Made by a program: the position numbers and the translations under genes
Notes under the pieces: model-generated
Seen by the model: only the letters and a program-made list of their open reading frames with translations
The model's database searches: none
What the model was told of the DNA's origin: nothing
Shown: one piece after another, positions 36,173 to 50,414 of the stretch
Numbering within the stretch: the stretch's first letter is position 1
How the letters are laid out: every line of letters starts with the position of its first letter
From: Octopus bimaculoides
Lineage: Eukaryota
NCBI RefSeq assembly: GCF_001194135.2
Contig: NC_069004.1
Span: forward strand, 1,138,618 to 1,202,617
DNA length: 64,000 nucleotides
Direction of reading: 5' to 3'

Positions 36173-37869
36173 ACGTCAACATCCTGAATGCACTGCTTTC
36201 TGGAATGTCTTTGTTCGTAGGTTTGCTAGATCAGGGTGACCCGGGGATCAACAACAATGCTTAAACGTAAGCTTTCGGAAAATTCACCAAAGCTACCCAA
36301 ACCAAATGAAGAGAAGAAAACTAAGGCAAGACATTTCTAAGATTCATATTTATTCTTTGATCCCTGATCATCATCAGGTGTGTTTTACCTGGAAGTATAC
36401 ACAGCAATGTGTATACGTCTAAATACCCTCATTGCTGTTGGGTGGGAAACGTTTTGGCCCGGCCATTGCGGCTCCACCTATTTGGCATCGCTGACTCTTA
36501 TTTGACATCAGATGCTTTAACGTTCCTCTCATCATGTTTCTGTTGCTCTCCTGGTCCCCACCTCTCTCTTGCAATCCATTTATTATGTGTCTGAGCAGTT
36601 TTCTCTTTGTGGAGAGGGAAAGTCCTGATTGCAAATTGTTCGTTTGATTAAATTGTAAAGTTTCTCTCCCTTCCCTTCTCTCTCTCAATCTGGGCACACT
36701 TGTATGTGTGAGTGTGTTTGCCTTTGGTAACAAAACTACTGATGTCGAAACAGGTTCAGCGCCCCAGTCAGCCGTGCCAAATTGCCAGCGTCCAAACAGC
36801 TGCGCCCAAACATCTCCTTCTGATTCCAGCAGACGACATATCAGGAAATACAACATCTGATGATATCATCAGAAGTCGAGCAATAGCAAGCAATAAGACA
36901 GCAGCAGATGATGATCAGAGATTAAACTGATCGTAACGTAAATGAACTTGTAAACATAAAATAAAAACAAACAAATGTTTCATAAATTAAAAATTAGGTT
37001 AATTAGTCTGAAAAATTATCTTATTAACAGCAACTCATCTTAGATATAAAGGTATTTAATGAGGAGGAGATTAAATTAAACGAAGATGGTTTTAATTAAT
37101 TATGTGTGTTATTACTGTTTAACCCTAGATTATACTTGACAGGACAAACTTTCTTTTCTTTCTTTCTTTAATCCTTAATCTTTCCTTAAGTACTGTATCC
37201 AGAGGAAGGGACAGTATGTAAGCCCCCCCCCCCCTAGACTGGTGAGATTGATGTCATTGCAGTTAGTCTTCCATCATTGCAAGTCAACACCTATGGATGT
37301 TGTTGACTTGCAATGAGCAACAGGGAACTTCCAGAGGACCAACATTCTGAATAAAATGGACCTAGAGTAGTGGTCAGTATAGGGCCTCGGGTGGTTGGAA
37401 GCAGGAGAGATGAGTGGGGCAGGAATGGATGCAGCACTTGCTCAGTTGGGTCAAAGAAGCATATGATGTTCATGTGATGGCTAAGGCACACAAGACAAAG
37501 AGGAGGCCTAGTCCCTGGACATGTGTCACACAGGTCCAGTAGTGCATGGGCATGCACTTTGATGTCAAGTAAGCCAGCCCCCTGCCTAAGAATTAAATAA
37601 GCCCTGTGCTTCAAAGGTAAACTTGTGAGAACAGGAGACTAATAAAGGTAAAGAGAAACCTTTGTTGTAAGAAGATTTCCAACAAAAATCAGGAATCTTC
37701 AGACTTTGGCAAAAAGGCTTATGCGTGCCAACGCTTGGAGGCATGGCACATGAAGAGAGAGAACTGATGTGCAGAACTTTGGATGTGTGTATAAATTAAC
37801 ATTTTTTTTTAGTGACTGAAATTAAACATCTCATTACCATATTCTTGAAATATGCCAATGTTTTAGAAT

Positions 37870-38200
37870 AGAAGCAGCCAAAATGGGGTTCATGAAAATG
37901 GCCTCTGGAATAACTTTACCTGACAAGATGCATAAATCAAAGAAAAAGGAGTCTCTCCTTGTCAATCCGCTACTTCTTCATATTGAGATTACAGCTCCAG
38001 TACTATGGACATTTGGTTAGAATGTCAGAGGGAAGAATCACAAAAGGGATTCTTCAAACTGAGCCAACTGGAAGGAGACTTAGATGGAGACCCAGGATGA
38101 GATGGTTGGATAATATCCACAATCTCAGTCGGTCAGACTTGGGAATCTAACCAGCAACTGTAATAACTGATAGGACCCTATGGAGGAGGTGCCTGAGGAC
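37870..38200 (+). mobile_element. Decayed RTE-clade LINE 3' fragment
   Basis: EAAKMGFMKMASGITL...LQYYGHLVRMSEGRITKGILQTEPTGRRLRWRPRMRWLDNI matches the RTE RT C-terminus (WFGHLVRM...G.R.RGRP..RW.D). Confidence 0.85.
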
Positions 38201-39987
38201 TCTCCCACCATGACCCTTCAAAGAATAGGGGACAGAGAAGATGGATGAATTGATGAAATAACTGATTGTTTTGTTATTAAGCTGCTGTTTGGATCACGAA
38301 TTGACAAAAATGTTCTTTCATTAAATTATGATGAATAGTTTTAATTAAAATACATATATTTTNNNNNNNNNNNNNNNNNNNNNNNNNNNNNNNNNNNNNN
38401 NNNNNNNNNNNNNNNNNNNNNNNNNNNNNNNNNNNNNNNNNNNNNNNNNNNNNNNNNNNNNNNNNNNNNNNNNNNNNNNNNNNNNNNNNNNNNNNNNNNN
38501 NNNNNNNNNNNNNNNNNNNNNNNNNNNNNNNNNNNNNNNNNNNNNNNNNNNNNNNNNNNNNNNNNNNNNNNNNNNNNNNNNNNNNNNNNNNNNNNNNNNN
38601 NNNNNNNNNNNNNNNNNNNNNNNNNNNNNNNNNNNNNNNNNNNNNNNNNNNNNNNNNNNNNNNNNNNNNNNNNNNNNNNNNNNNNNNNNNNNNNNNNNNN
38701 NNNNNNNNNNNNNNNNNNNNNNNNNNNNNNNNNNNNNNNNNNNNNNNNNNNNNNNNNNNNNNNNNNNNNNNNNNNNNNNNNNNNNNNNNNNNNNNNNNNN
38801 NNNNNNNNNNNNNNNNNNNNNNNNNNNNNNNNNNNNNNNNNNNNNNNNNNNNNNNNNNNNNNNNNNNNNNNNNNNNNNNNNNNNNNNNNNNNNNNNNNNN
38901 NNATACTTCCATTTTTAGAAATGACTTGGTTAGGTTTGAATGAGAAAATAGTGTTTCAAAGCAAATACTTCAAAAAATGTATATACACAAAAGTGAAGAG
39001 TGATGTCTAGAAATCATCGTTAAAAACTGAGTAGGGAATTGTATGAGAGAAAAGATTAGTTCAGCTTTGGTTTGTAATACAGATTTAATATCTTAATTTA
39101 GTGTCACCTGAGGAAGTCAACTGTAAAAATGTACATCCTTGTATATTTATTTAATAGTCAAATCTTGAATTAATGACCATTCTACGATAATTCAGATGGG
39201 TTTGGCTTATCTAATGTTAGGTGTAATTTTAATGTGAATCATATGAAATTAATGTTTAACAGATGTCCTGGATAGCTTATTACATATTGATCAGAAGTAG
39301 TGATGTGAGGGGTTGGGGGAGAGGTGAAGTGGTGACTGAGATTTTTCCAGACTAAGTAGAACGAGGAGGCTAGATGAGATTACCGCACCGAAATCTAACA
39401 TCATTTGTGGCGTTAAAGATTCAGTAACCAATGTGTGAATACGAGAACAGGAAGCGAGTTACCGAGAGAGATGGCAGGGGGGGGGGATATAGGTGCTGGA
39501 GAAATATTTGGATGGGAATGAGATGAAGCACCAAATGAAAAGAGACCAGAGAATAGAAAACAATTCAATGCCAGAACATTATTATTTAATAACACAAACA
39601 TCTAAGAACCCTTTTATCAAAAATCATAACCCAGTTCTTCATATTTTGATGAAAAGCGAAATGGAAACAAATTCCTTCTTTGTATGGAATTAATTCTGAT
39701 CTAGTGAGCTGGAACAAGTGCTCTAGAATAGGTTACATTCCTTTGTTAATAGTGGAAGGGGATTGTTTCAATAGTAAACTATAGGGAACCCAGAGCAAAA
39801 AAATAAAACAAACATTGTTTAAAGGCAATGTAATACCATACCAGAGCAGCATCTCTTCAAGAATAACTTGTCAGCTTCATTTGCTGTCATTCCCAATAAA
39901 AAAAGTATTTTAACTTAATTAACCACTACAGCCACCACCATCTTGACATCGTTATTTTCTAATTTGTATTAAAGAATATATATATAT

Positions 39988-40146
39988 CATCATCATCATC
40001 ATCATCGTTTAACGTCCGCTTTCCATGCTAGCATGGGTTGGACGATTTGACTGAGGACTGGGGAAACCAGATGGCAACACCTGGCTCCAATCTAAATTTG
40101 GCAGAGTTTCTACAGCTGGATGCCCTTCCTAACGCCAACCACTCAG
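39988..40146 (-). mobile_element. Family-3 SINE, young, 5'-truncated
   Basis: Nearly identical to 52568-52730. Confidence 0.92.
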
Positions 40147-41721
40147 ATATATATATATAGATATATATATATGTATACACACACACACACACACCATCAT
40201 CATTTAATATCCACTTTTTCAAAAGAGAAAACATGCCAAGAAAATTGATCTGATGGGGTTGGACCTTGTGAAAGAGATGACAAAAGACTGAAATCAGTGG
40301 CAAGATGGTAGACTAAAGAAAATCCACTCAATTCATGCAAGCATGGATAAATGGATGTGTACAGATGAGGTATGTAATTCTAGATACACACAATGTCTAG
40401 GGGGGAAAAAAAAAAAAAAAAAAAAAACCCCACAGCTAACACGTTTGATCGTAAGTCTGTTCAATCAGGATTGACAGGAATAAACAACAACAACAAAAGT
40501 TATTGATATTGTCTTAAATCTTCACCATCAACTATAATATATATATATATATATTTTTTTAAATTCTTTAACCAGTTTCAGTCATTGGACTTACAGCCAT
40601 GCTGGAGCACTGTCTTTGAAGATTTAGTCACATTGACTCCAGTACTTATTTTAGCAATCTCCACTTATTGAACCATTAAACGTAGAGGCACAGATAAGTA
40701 CATTTATGTAGGGTGTGACTCAATGAAGATTTAGCTGTTATTTCTACCAAATTGAGCAACTAAATAAAGGCTGCTGGTTCATTAAGTTCATGTAATACAG
40801 AATATGATAGAAAAAAAACTGATCGTTTGGTTATATAGCGGAGATAATCTCAACAGTAACGAAAATACCAAAGAGAAAGATTAGTCTTCTAATCAGTTTA
40901 TAGAAACACTGAAGAATTTAGAACACCATGGGAATATATTCCTTGACAGAGCAGAACATATTTTTTCTATTTCTGGAAATGACTAATCTGAAGCAAAATC
41001 AAGAATCTCAATGTAGACTACTTCATCTCAGAGCTACATAAGAAAGTTGTCTTCAACTAATTCAGAAAGCTACACCATTAAGGGTAGCATTCAATAGTAC
41101 TAGAGAACAGTGTGTGGGGTGGGATGTCTACTAGGGTGGCGCTAATGTACCAGATCATGGCTGTGGATAATTGCATACAATTAGTGAGTTACTGTCTTCT
41201 TTCTTTCTTCCATTCTTTTTCTTATGCCAACTTGTATTAGACATGGCAATGAACGTACCATCCATCCAGCTATTTATAGGATTTCTGTGGTAATGTTCCA
41301 TCACGGCGTCTTTCAAAGCTGGCAGTTCCTGTTCCTCACAAGGAATAATTTTGGTTGCTGGGGTATTACACAGTCATCTGCCCTTAACCCTTTTGTTAGC
41401 CAATAAAATTGACCCCAGTGTCTGACTGGTACCTGTATCATAGCATACTAAACCACATCACCAAGGGATCACTCAATCCACTAGAAATAGCAGCCAAATT
41501 TCCCCTCACATCAACATCCTATCATCTTAAGGGAGAAAACAATAGAGGATAATGTATATCTGCTCAACCAGTGTTGACCCAGGGTTAAATGACAACAGCA
41601 ATTCAACCACACCACCACCACCACCACCACCACCACCACCACCAGTATTAAATGGTGTTTATCAATTTTTAGAATATCATCATAGTGAAATGAAATACTG
41701 AGAACACCGTGTACAATGGGG

Positions 41722-41755
<34 letters not shown>

Positions 41756-42691
41756 CAGAGAGAGAGAGAAAGAGACAGAGAGAGAGAGAAAGAGAGAGAG
41801 GAGAGAGAAAGACTGATAGTTAGATAGTTAGACATATAACTAGACAGATTGACTGTTTTATAGATATAGATTGACAGAGAAATTGCCAGACAGACAGATA
41901 CATAGCTGTCTAGCTATGTATATAGCTAGACAGATAGATAGACAGACTGGGGGATGAATATAGAGGTACAGCAAGATTGACAAAGAGACAGACCGACCGA
42001 ATGACAGATAGAACGAGAGATAGACAGGCAGGAAAACAGATAGGAGAGAGTGAGAGAGAGATAAACAGATATACAGATATACTGATGAATAACTAGCAAA
42101 CGAGAATGAGAGATAAACAGATAGATGTACACGATGAGCAAATGACTCATGTCTAAACCCAGGATAAATGAACTGGTATTGAGTTTTACTGGCATTATTA
42201 TCCGGTTACCAAAACGATGGGTGACTCATTATTCTCTGCAAGCAATCATAAACTTCTTCTGCAGATAGCTATACTGGGACAATATCTTAGTTGGCAGCAA
42301 AGATATTGATCTATCACAGTGAGTGGCGGCTGATGAAAATAGAAATGGGAGCCGGCTTCCTCTTTTATTGTACAGGAATTCTTTAAATAAATACATTCTG
42401 TCATTTGCATATTGTACTTTAATGTGTGTNNNNNNNNNNNNNNNNNNNNNNNNGAAGAAGCATGACAGATTTTGGGGGTAATTTTAATGTAGATTGTAGA
42501 GGGTGTATTTATTAGGGAGTGATAAAACTGAGGTGAGTTTGGAGATGTGTATATAGCAATGGCATGTGAACATAAAACTGCATAAGGGTGTGTGTATATA
42601 TGTATGTGTGTGTGTGTGTGTGTACATGTATATATATGTGCATGTGTGTATGTATGACTATATATAGACACACACATGCATACTACACATG

Positions 42692-42723
<32 letters not shown>

Positions 42724-43460
42724 TACATACACGTTATATTGTATCATCCTTACATCTGCTTTTCCATGTCAGCATGTGTTGGATGGAACCCTAAAGGGCA
42801 GTATTTCACATTCACAACCAGGTGCCTCTCTTGAAGCCAACCTCTTTAGTTGCTTCTTATGCAGAGATATGATGTACTTGGTCTAAAAACCTGTCCCCCT
42901 CCTCTGCCACACTGTGTGTGTATGCACACATTCACACACAGCACTGTACATGTACACAGGCACACAAATGCATCACCACCGTCACAACTAGTATTTTACA
43001 TCCGCTTTTCCACATGGCCATGGTTGGATGGTTTTGTTGAGCTGTTTCATAGCCGGACACTGCTTTTTGTTGCCAATGTTTTTAGTCACTTCTTAGAACA
43101 AGCAGGAAGGAATGCAGTATCTATTCTAAACTAACTACACACATATACACACTCATACCATGCACACACACACACACACCCACAGATATATTCTGTCAAC
43201 CAAATCCACTGACAAGGCTTTGGTCAACCCAAGGATGTAGAAGACACTTACTCAAGGTGCCAAGCAGCAGGACTGAACCCAGAACCATGTGGTTGGGAAG
43301 CAAATTTCTTACCACACAGCCACACCTGCACCAATTGCTAAGAGTGTAGTTTTATTTAAAAGAACCAAGTCTGCTGGTGTCCATTCCACTCTCTGAGTCT
43401 TTCCCCTGACTCTCCCGTTCTTGACCGAATGAAACATTCATGATGTGACAACTGGGTGGA

Positions 43461-43560
<100 letters not shown>

Positions 43561-43569
43561 ATGTGAGGC

Positions 43570-43725
43570 AGCACCAGTACTCATGAGATACTCATTGTCC
43601 AGCTGAGTAAACTGAAGTATTGTGAAATGAAATGTACTACTCAAAGACCCAATGTGCCATCCAGTCTAGGGATTGAACCCACAATGTTACAATCATAAAC
43701 TTAGCATCCTGACCACTAGACCATC
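43570..43725 (-). mobile_element. Family-6 tRNA-derived SINE head (related piece at 62990-63140)
   Basis: gggattgaacccaca...cctgaccactagacca is a reverse-complement B/A-box head distinct from families 1 and 2. Confidence 0.65.
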
Positions 43726-43859
43726 ATACACTTACATTACACAAACAAACAAACAAATGAAGGAAGGATTGGTCTTCTGCTGTTATCATTATTAGCTCAT
43801 CATTCCTCTCGGTGACCGTTGCACTGGACGGTTGCCAATTCAGGTTTGTCAGGAGTTGA

Positions 43860-44270
43860 TGTTATCATAAATCTTTATCCTTTTGGCACAAAGCCAGCAA
43901 TAGTGAGAGGAGGATCGGGTCTGTTACATTGACCCCCAGTGCTTGGTTAGTGCTTTACTTCAGTGACCTTGAAAGGATGAGAGGTAAAGTCAATCTCAAC
44001 AGAATCTGAACTTGGGACGTAAAAACTAAAGCATTTTATCCAACACTCTTACAAATTCTGCCAACTTGCCAGTGTTGTTCCAGAAATTGGTACAATGCCA
44101 GCAGTTTTAGCGAGATGAGGGTTAGTTGATTCAACCGACCCCAGTCCTTGACTGGTCCTCTATTTTATTGACCTCCAAAATGGACGAAAGGCAAAGCTGA
44201 CCTCAGCAGAATTCGAACTCCAAAATGTAAAGAACCAGGAAAATTGCCACAAAGCATTTTGTCTGACATG
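43860..44270 (-). mobile_element. Tandem dimer of family-2 SINE variants
   Basis: Two repeats of gaccccag...gaaaggatga/cgaaaggcaaag...gaactc. Confidence 0.75.
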
Positions 44271-45239
44271 TGATTGGATTTGGCAGACGGAAACTGAAAG
44301 AAGCCCTTTGTGCTTTGTGTGTGTGTGTATGTGTACTCTTGTCCTGATATCACATGATGGTCATAAACACTATCATCATATCAGTGATGTTGCTTGTTGC
44401 CAGTCTTCTGTGGAAAAACATGTTCGGGCACGAGGAAATATTACTTTGCTTGAAAACAGGTGAGGGTTCACACCTGGAAGAGCATCCAGCCCTAGAAAGA
44501 TGGCTTCAACAAATTCTGTCTGATCTATGCAAGAAAGGAAAAATGGATTATGTAGGTGATGATGATGATGATGATAAGGATATACACGCTGTTACATGCT
44601 GCCATGCATACTGTACATATTGTTATGCAATTATATACACCGTGTTTTTTTTTTTCAGGCATTAAAATACAACAATATAAGAACAAAAATAAAAACACTT
44701 TTCGTTTTTTGTTTGTTGTTGTTGTTTTACAGGTTCCCTCATTAACAGAATTTCAGTTTAGGGTGTGTTCCCGTTTAGATTCCTATTAACAGTTTCTCGC
44801 TCTCCCTCTCCCTCCGTGTATTATCTTACATAGGATACTTATGTCGGGTGGCTGAGTTGTTCGGCGAATTTAACACAAGAATGAAGCTTGAATAAAATAT
44901 GTAGACAGAAGAAGAAGAAGTATCAGAAAGTAACCCCTAATTTCACAAAACAGGGGGGAAAAAAAATAAAAATAAAATAAAATAAATGGTAAATTCTTTC
45001 TTGTTCTTTGGGAGTTTTTTCTTTCAGGTTTGTTGAGTGAGAAGAAATATTTCTCTCTCGTAGACATTATCATCATAAAAAAAAAATATAAAAAATAAAG
45101 AAATATATATTAGTTCCTTCTTGTTGCTATAGAAACTGTGTGGGAATAATGTTGAAATATCTTCCGATGCTAGGATAGTCCATTTCTCATCCTCCAACAA
45201 CATAACGGTATACAACATGTTCTACAGGCAATGTTTACA

Positions 45240-45545
45240 CTTATATATATATATATATGTATATACACACACATTTACATACATACATACACACATGCTT
45301 ACATATACACACACATGTGTATGTATGCATGTGTGTGTGTGTATGTATATATATGTGTGTATGTGTGAGTATATATATATATGTCCATGTGTGTACATGT
45401 ATGTGTGTGTGTATGTATATATACATGTGTGTGTGTATATGTGTGTGTGTATATGTGTGTGTGTATATGTGTGTGCGTATATATATATACATGTGTGTGT
45501 GAATATATACATATGTATGTCATATAAGTGTATGTGTGTGTACAG
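45240..45545. repeat. Compound (TA)/(TG)/(CA) low-complexity tract (similar at 22630-22890, 55020-55490, 60865-61150)
   Basis: Direct reading; source of many spurious ORFs. Confidence 0.95.
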
Positions 45546-45829
45546 GGACACACACTCATGCATGCATTACTGTTTTATCCAGCAGTAACAAATACCATTT
45601 CACAGAAGTTCCAATCTACCCCAAAGACAGAACGAAAGAAAAAACGTAATTTTACCAGAAAAAAAAAAAAAATTCTTTGATTCCTTGCAAACCATCATGG
45701 ATTCCCTCATAAAACATTAACAGATGGTTAAACCATCATTTAATATCTCGTTACACTAAATCTTACTAATTATTCCCATTATTTACTTTGTCACACTGTC
45801 AGAAGGTTGTTTATAATGGTCCACAGATC

Positions 45830-47170
45830 TCTCACTTGTTTCAATCACTGGACTTTGGTCACGGTCATGCTGGAGCACCACCTGGAAGGGTCAAGTGGAA
45901 CAAACTGACCCCAGGACTTTTCAGACTTTTTCTTTGAAAGTCTGGTACTTATTCTGTTGATTTCTTTTGTTGAACTGCTAAGTTACAAGGATGTAAACAA
46001 ACCAACACTGGCTGCTGAGTGGTGGGAGGAGGAAGAAACACAGACATACATTCATTATCTTTCATTATTATCATCGTTTTAATGTTCACTCTTCCATGCT
46101 GGCATGGGTTGGACAGAATTTGTTGAGGTGAATTTTCTATGACTGAATGCTCTTCCTGCTGCCAACCTTCAGCTGTTTCTAACCAGATATGTTCTTCACG
46201 GAAGATTGGAAATGAAGGAACACCACTTATATGACAGTGACACTTGTTTACAACAACCATGTGAAGTCAAAACACAGAGAAAATAACATACATATATACA
46301 TATAGACACACACACAAACATATATATAAAACGAGCTTCCATACAGTTTCCAACTACTCAATTCAGTTACATGGCACTGGTATCAGCACAAGGCCATAAC
46401 AGAAGACAGTTGTCCAAGATGCCACAAGAGTGAACTGAACCCAGACCCACCTGGTTACCAAGCAAACTTCTTAACCAAACAACCACACCAAGCACCTCTA
46501 AACACAGCCACAACTGCACCCATTCTAACCGTTTCCTCACAGACTATTTAGAATCTATTTTTGTTTCTCTGAGACATAAAAATGTTGTTCATTGCAAAGT
46601 AGTTCTTAATAAGTCTGTTCAATTGTTTTTCCACATGAACTTGATTCTCATAACCTGCGTTCCTTCTGAGAAATTCCTATTAACTTTTAGTTACAGAGAT
46701 TCTTCAAAGCAACTGTTCCATGGCTGACTGCATTTCTTAACACTAAACCAGTGGACCAAGAAACAATGAGTAAGATTTCATTGAGAAAGTCTTTTGTTTT
46801 AGTTGAATGACAAAATACAACACTGCTTCCAGTCGATTTTGAACTCATCAAATTTGCTTTTAGATGTCCTGACAACATAATCATTCTGTCACACGACAGC
46901 ATTTAAAAAAAAAAACTTTTACCGTTCATCTTTTACTTTTGTAGTTGTTGAGCTGCGACCATGCTGGGGCATGAAAGGTTTTAGTTGAACAAATCAATCT
47001 TACTACTTAATTTTAAACCTTATATTTATTCAGTTTCTTATGTCAGACTGCTAAGTCATGAAGATGTAAACAGATCAACACTAATTGTTAAGTAATGGTG
47101 GGAGGATCAAATAGACACAAAGACAGACACACGCATGCATATATATAGCATACACATGCACACAAACATA
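45830..47170 (-). mobile_element. Cluster of family-1 SINE pieces (module B 45830-46030; module C plus head 46050-46490; module B 46935-47170)
   Basis: Recurrent module sequences, all on the minus strand. Confidence 0.8.
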
Positions 47171-47816
47171 ATGGGCTTCCCCTTGTTTACCTTTTTCCAA
47201 TGAATTTGTCTTTCATCCTTTTAAGGGTTGGTAAAATAAGTACAACTCAAGTATTGGGGTTGATGTAATCAACTCCCTAAGCCCTATATACTATGAACTC
47301 TTTATCATTATTGTTAACCCATATTTTACTTTGTTTTATGTTCAAACTGGCCAGATCCAGCCTTTCACATCTAACCTACAATGTCGTTCTAAAAATAATC
47401 ACATTATCAAAATCTTGAAATCACAAGATAATGCAAAACTGGCCCTTGCAGGATTTGAACTCTGAATGTTAAGAGCTGGAACATATAAGCACTTTGTCCA
47501 ACATCTTAACAGTTCTCCCACCTTAATGTCCCATTGTATTTCCCAATAACACACAAAACTCTCCACTTCCTGTCTTACATAGATTGTATGTGAGAAGACA
47601 TTATTGCCATGTGGTTCGTTTCTCCTGTGAAAGTTCTCATGTTTTGGAGAATATTTCAAAATCTAACAACAGATCTTCAACACATGTGTGACACAACAGG
47701 GGAAGACACAAATAGAAGGAGGGCAGGGCAAGGCATCAAACACACACACACACATTTACTGTTATACAGATATGTATTCAAGACTGCACTTTATACTCTG
47801 GCATGAACTTTCGGAG

Positions 47817-47858
<42 letters not shown>

Positions 47859-48236
47859 TAGCTGTCTTGTCCTGTCCTGTCCTCCTTCCAAGACATCATT
47901 TTGCACAGTTTAGGGGTGGGAGGGAGTCCTCCGTCTTAATCTCACATATACCCCTGCTTGCCAGCAAAAGGGGAGGAGGTTGCCAACTCTACCCACCCAC
48001 CATTCCTTTCTCTTAAAAATTACTTGTAACAATACTATATACACACAACCTATTCCTTTCACAAAGGTGGAGGTGGTGATGGTGGTAGTAGTAGTAGTAG
48101 CAAATGGTGATGATGAGGATGGTGGTAGCAGTGGATGTGGTGGGGGCTAATAGTGCTCATGGCAATAGTAGTAGTTTGTTTATAGTTGAGTTTGTAGCAG
48201 TAATAGTGGTGGTGGTGGTGTTAGTAGTAGTAGTCA

Positions 48237-48570
48237 TTTGACCTGCTAAAAATCACAGCCTCTACATAGTCATTCAACTTGCTAGATAAAGCAGCTAAAT
48301 CTCCCTCAAATCATACTTCATTTGCATAATGAGCCAATGTGGGAGCTCCTATGTAGTCATTCAATCTGCTAGACATAAGAGGTCATATCTCCCTCAGATC
48401 ACATGTTACTGTCCTAAATAAATTATACAATATTACAACACTCTACAGTCTCAGAATTGGGACACTTTAGTCATAGAGCTAACAACAGATCTTCAACACA
48501 TGTGTGAATAGGTGGTCATAACTAGGATCCCTTTGAGCACAGGACTACCTTACCAGGGGTTAAATAATCA
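48237..48570 (+). mobile_element. Family-5 dispersed repeat, triplicated head (other copies near 3750, 12670-12860, 14030, 28770, 41470, 49340-49560, 57190-57330, 61450, 62300-62450)
   Basis: Recurrent gctagaaatagcagccaaatctccctcaaatcac motif; several copies end ggggctaaacaacaac. Class not determinable. Confidence 0.75.
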
Positions 48571-48740
48571 TTTCTAACATATGAACAAGGCCTGAAATTT
48601 TCAGGGAGTGGGCTAGTCAATTACATTAACCCCATTGCTTAACAGGTCCTTATTTCAGTGGCCCCGAAATGATGAAAGACAAAATGAACCTCAGTGGAAT
48701 TTGAATTCAGAATGTAAAAATGGACAAAATGCCAACCAGG
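48560..48740 (-). mobile_element. Family-2 SINE, partial
   Basis: aggcctgaaatttt...gacctcagtggaatttgaattcagaatg. Confidence 0.8.
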
Positions 48741-50379
48741 GGTTAAATAATAGCAACAATAACAACAACTCATTTGTATTCTGTAGAGCAAGTGTTTGAA
48801 GAGAAATTTGGCAAAGTGGAACAAACAATGGTAGAGCAATGGACGAAATGCTTTGCAGCATTACTTTTGATCCAAAGAGTCCGAAGAGAAGGGTAATATC
48901 CAGGACCCTTTTCCAGGGCCTCCATAATTGGTGGAAAGAAAGGAGGATATTATCCTCAGACTGAAAGAAGCTAAATGTCTAAAAAGACAAAAAATTCATA
49001 TTCTGTTTCCAACACTGCTGTTTTGGCTTCTTTGTAAAAGCAGCTTGAAGCTTAATAGCTCAGTCTATTTGGCTGTAAATGGGTGTCTATTTGGCTGTTA
49101 TTGGTAGTCATGGTAATTCATATGGAAATTGTGTGTTCCTCCATCAGAGGAACAGTCCATCTTCTTAGGTCGTACACATAACACATTAACCATCACGTGC
49201 ATCACCAGTAGTTCATTGCAAACTTCACACCACTGGTGCTGCATTTTCATAATTTGAGAAAATAATATAGTCTGTATCTCTGACATGGTTTTTCAATGGT
49301 TTTCATTGTTTATGACATTAAGATGAACTCTAAGGAAGATTTTGCTACTGTTTCTAGCAAATCAAAGCACCATATAGAGACTTCATTGACATCTCACTGA
49401 AATTGAGTTATTTTAGCCCCAGGCACTCCAATTGTGACCATCCAATCTTTACTCTAAATGCAAGAAGCCTAGAACCACATTATACAGCATATAGAAAGGA
49501 GACTGTGATTTGGGGATGATTTAACTGCTTTTTCTAGCAGATCGAACGACCACATAGAAGCACCCTTTGTTGAGTTATTGGAAATTTCGTTGATGTTTAA
49601 TGTTAGGTGTTGCTTAAAATTTATTTCATTATTTTTAAAAATATCCCTTTAATTACTGAGATAATGGTTTATAACAATAACATTTTATATTTTGAGAAAT
49701 CAGAAAATACCGGGAAGGGGGGGGGGGGTTCTTAAATTAATTTTGTAGCAAAATGTTGAAAATGGAAATCAAAGGATTAGAAAAGACTTGGAAGAAATGA
49801 CTTTACAGACCAGAGAATCCCTAGAAACATGGTTTCATCTGTTGGTGTTGGAAGGGAGATAATTCAGTCCACACAGCAATTCAGCTGGGAACTTTATATT
49901 AGAAACGAAGACAAAACAGTTATTTTATATGTTTCTACCATAAGTATATGTAAAATCGCTTGCAATACTGCGATGAGGAAACACAGAAGTGATTTTGCTT
50001 CTTATAGGGTGCCGTATGAACATGACTATTTAACAAATTTTATTAATCTTCTTAGATATATAATATAAAACTGTTTTAATTTTCAATCTTTGTTTTGAAA
50101 AGATGCAAACTTAAATAATAAAAGATATAAATTTGTAAGATTCTTGATGGGAATTGGTGTGTTGAAACAAATTTTGTTGTCTCTTGGGAGGGTCATCAAG
50201 CCAATTATAATAAACACATGCACTGGTTTGACATCACTTCTTTATTGTGAATCAATTGGTTAGCTAGTTGGTTAGGTATTTAACCAATTGACTAAAAATA
50301 AAGAAATGATATTGAACCAGTGTGTGTGTGAATTGTTATAGGCAGAATAACCCACCCAAAACAAGATATAATCATGCAA

Positions 50380-50414
50380 CTAACCCTAACCCTAACCCTA
50401 ACCCTAACCCTAAC
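50380..50414 (-). repeat. Interstitial (TTAGGG)n-like tract, about 5.5 units
   Basis: ctaaccctaaccctaaccctaaccctaaccctaac; a shorter tract lies at 59154-59172. Confidence 0.9.
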
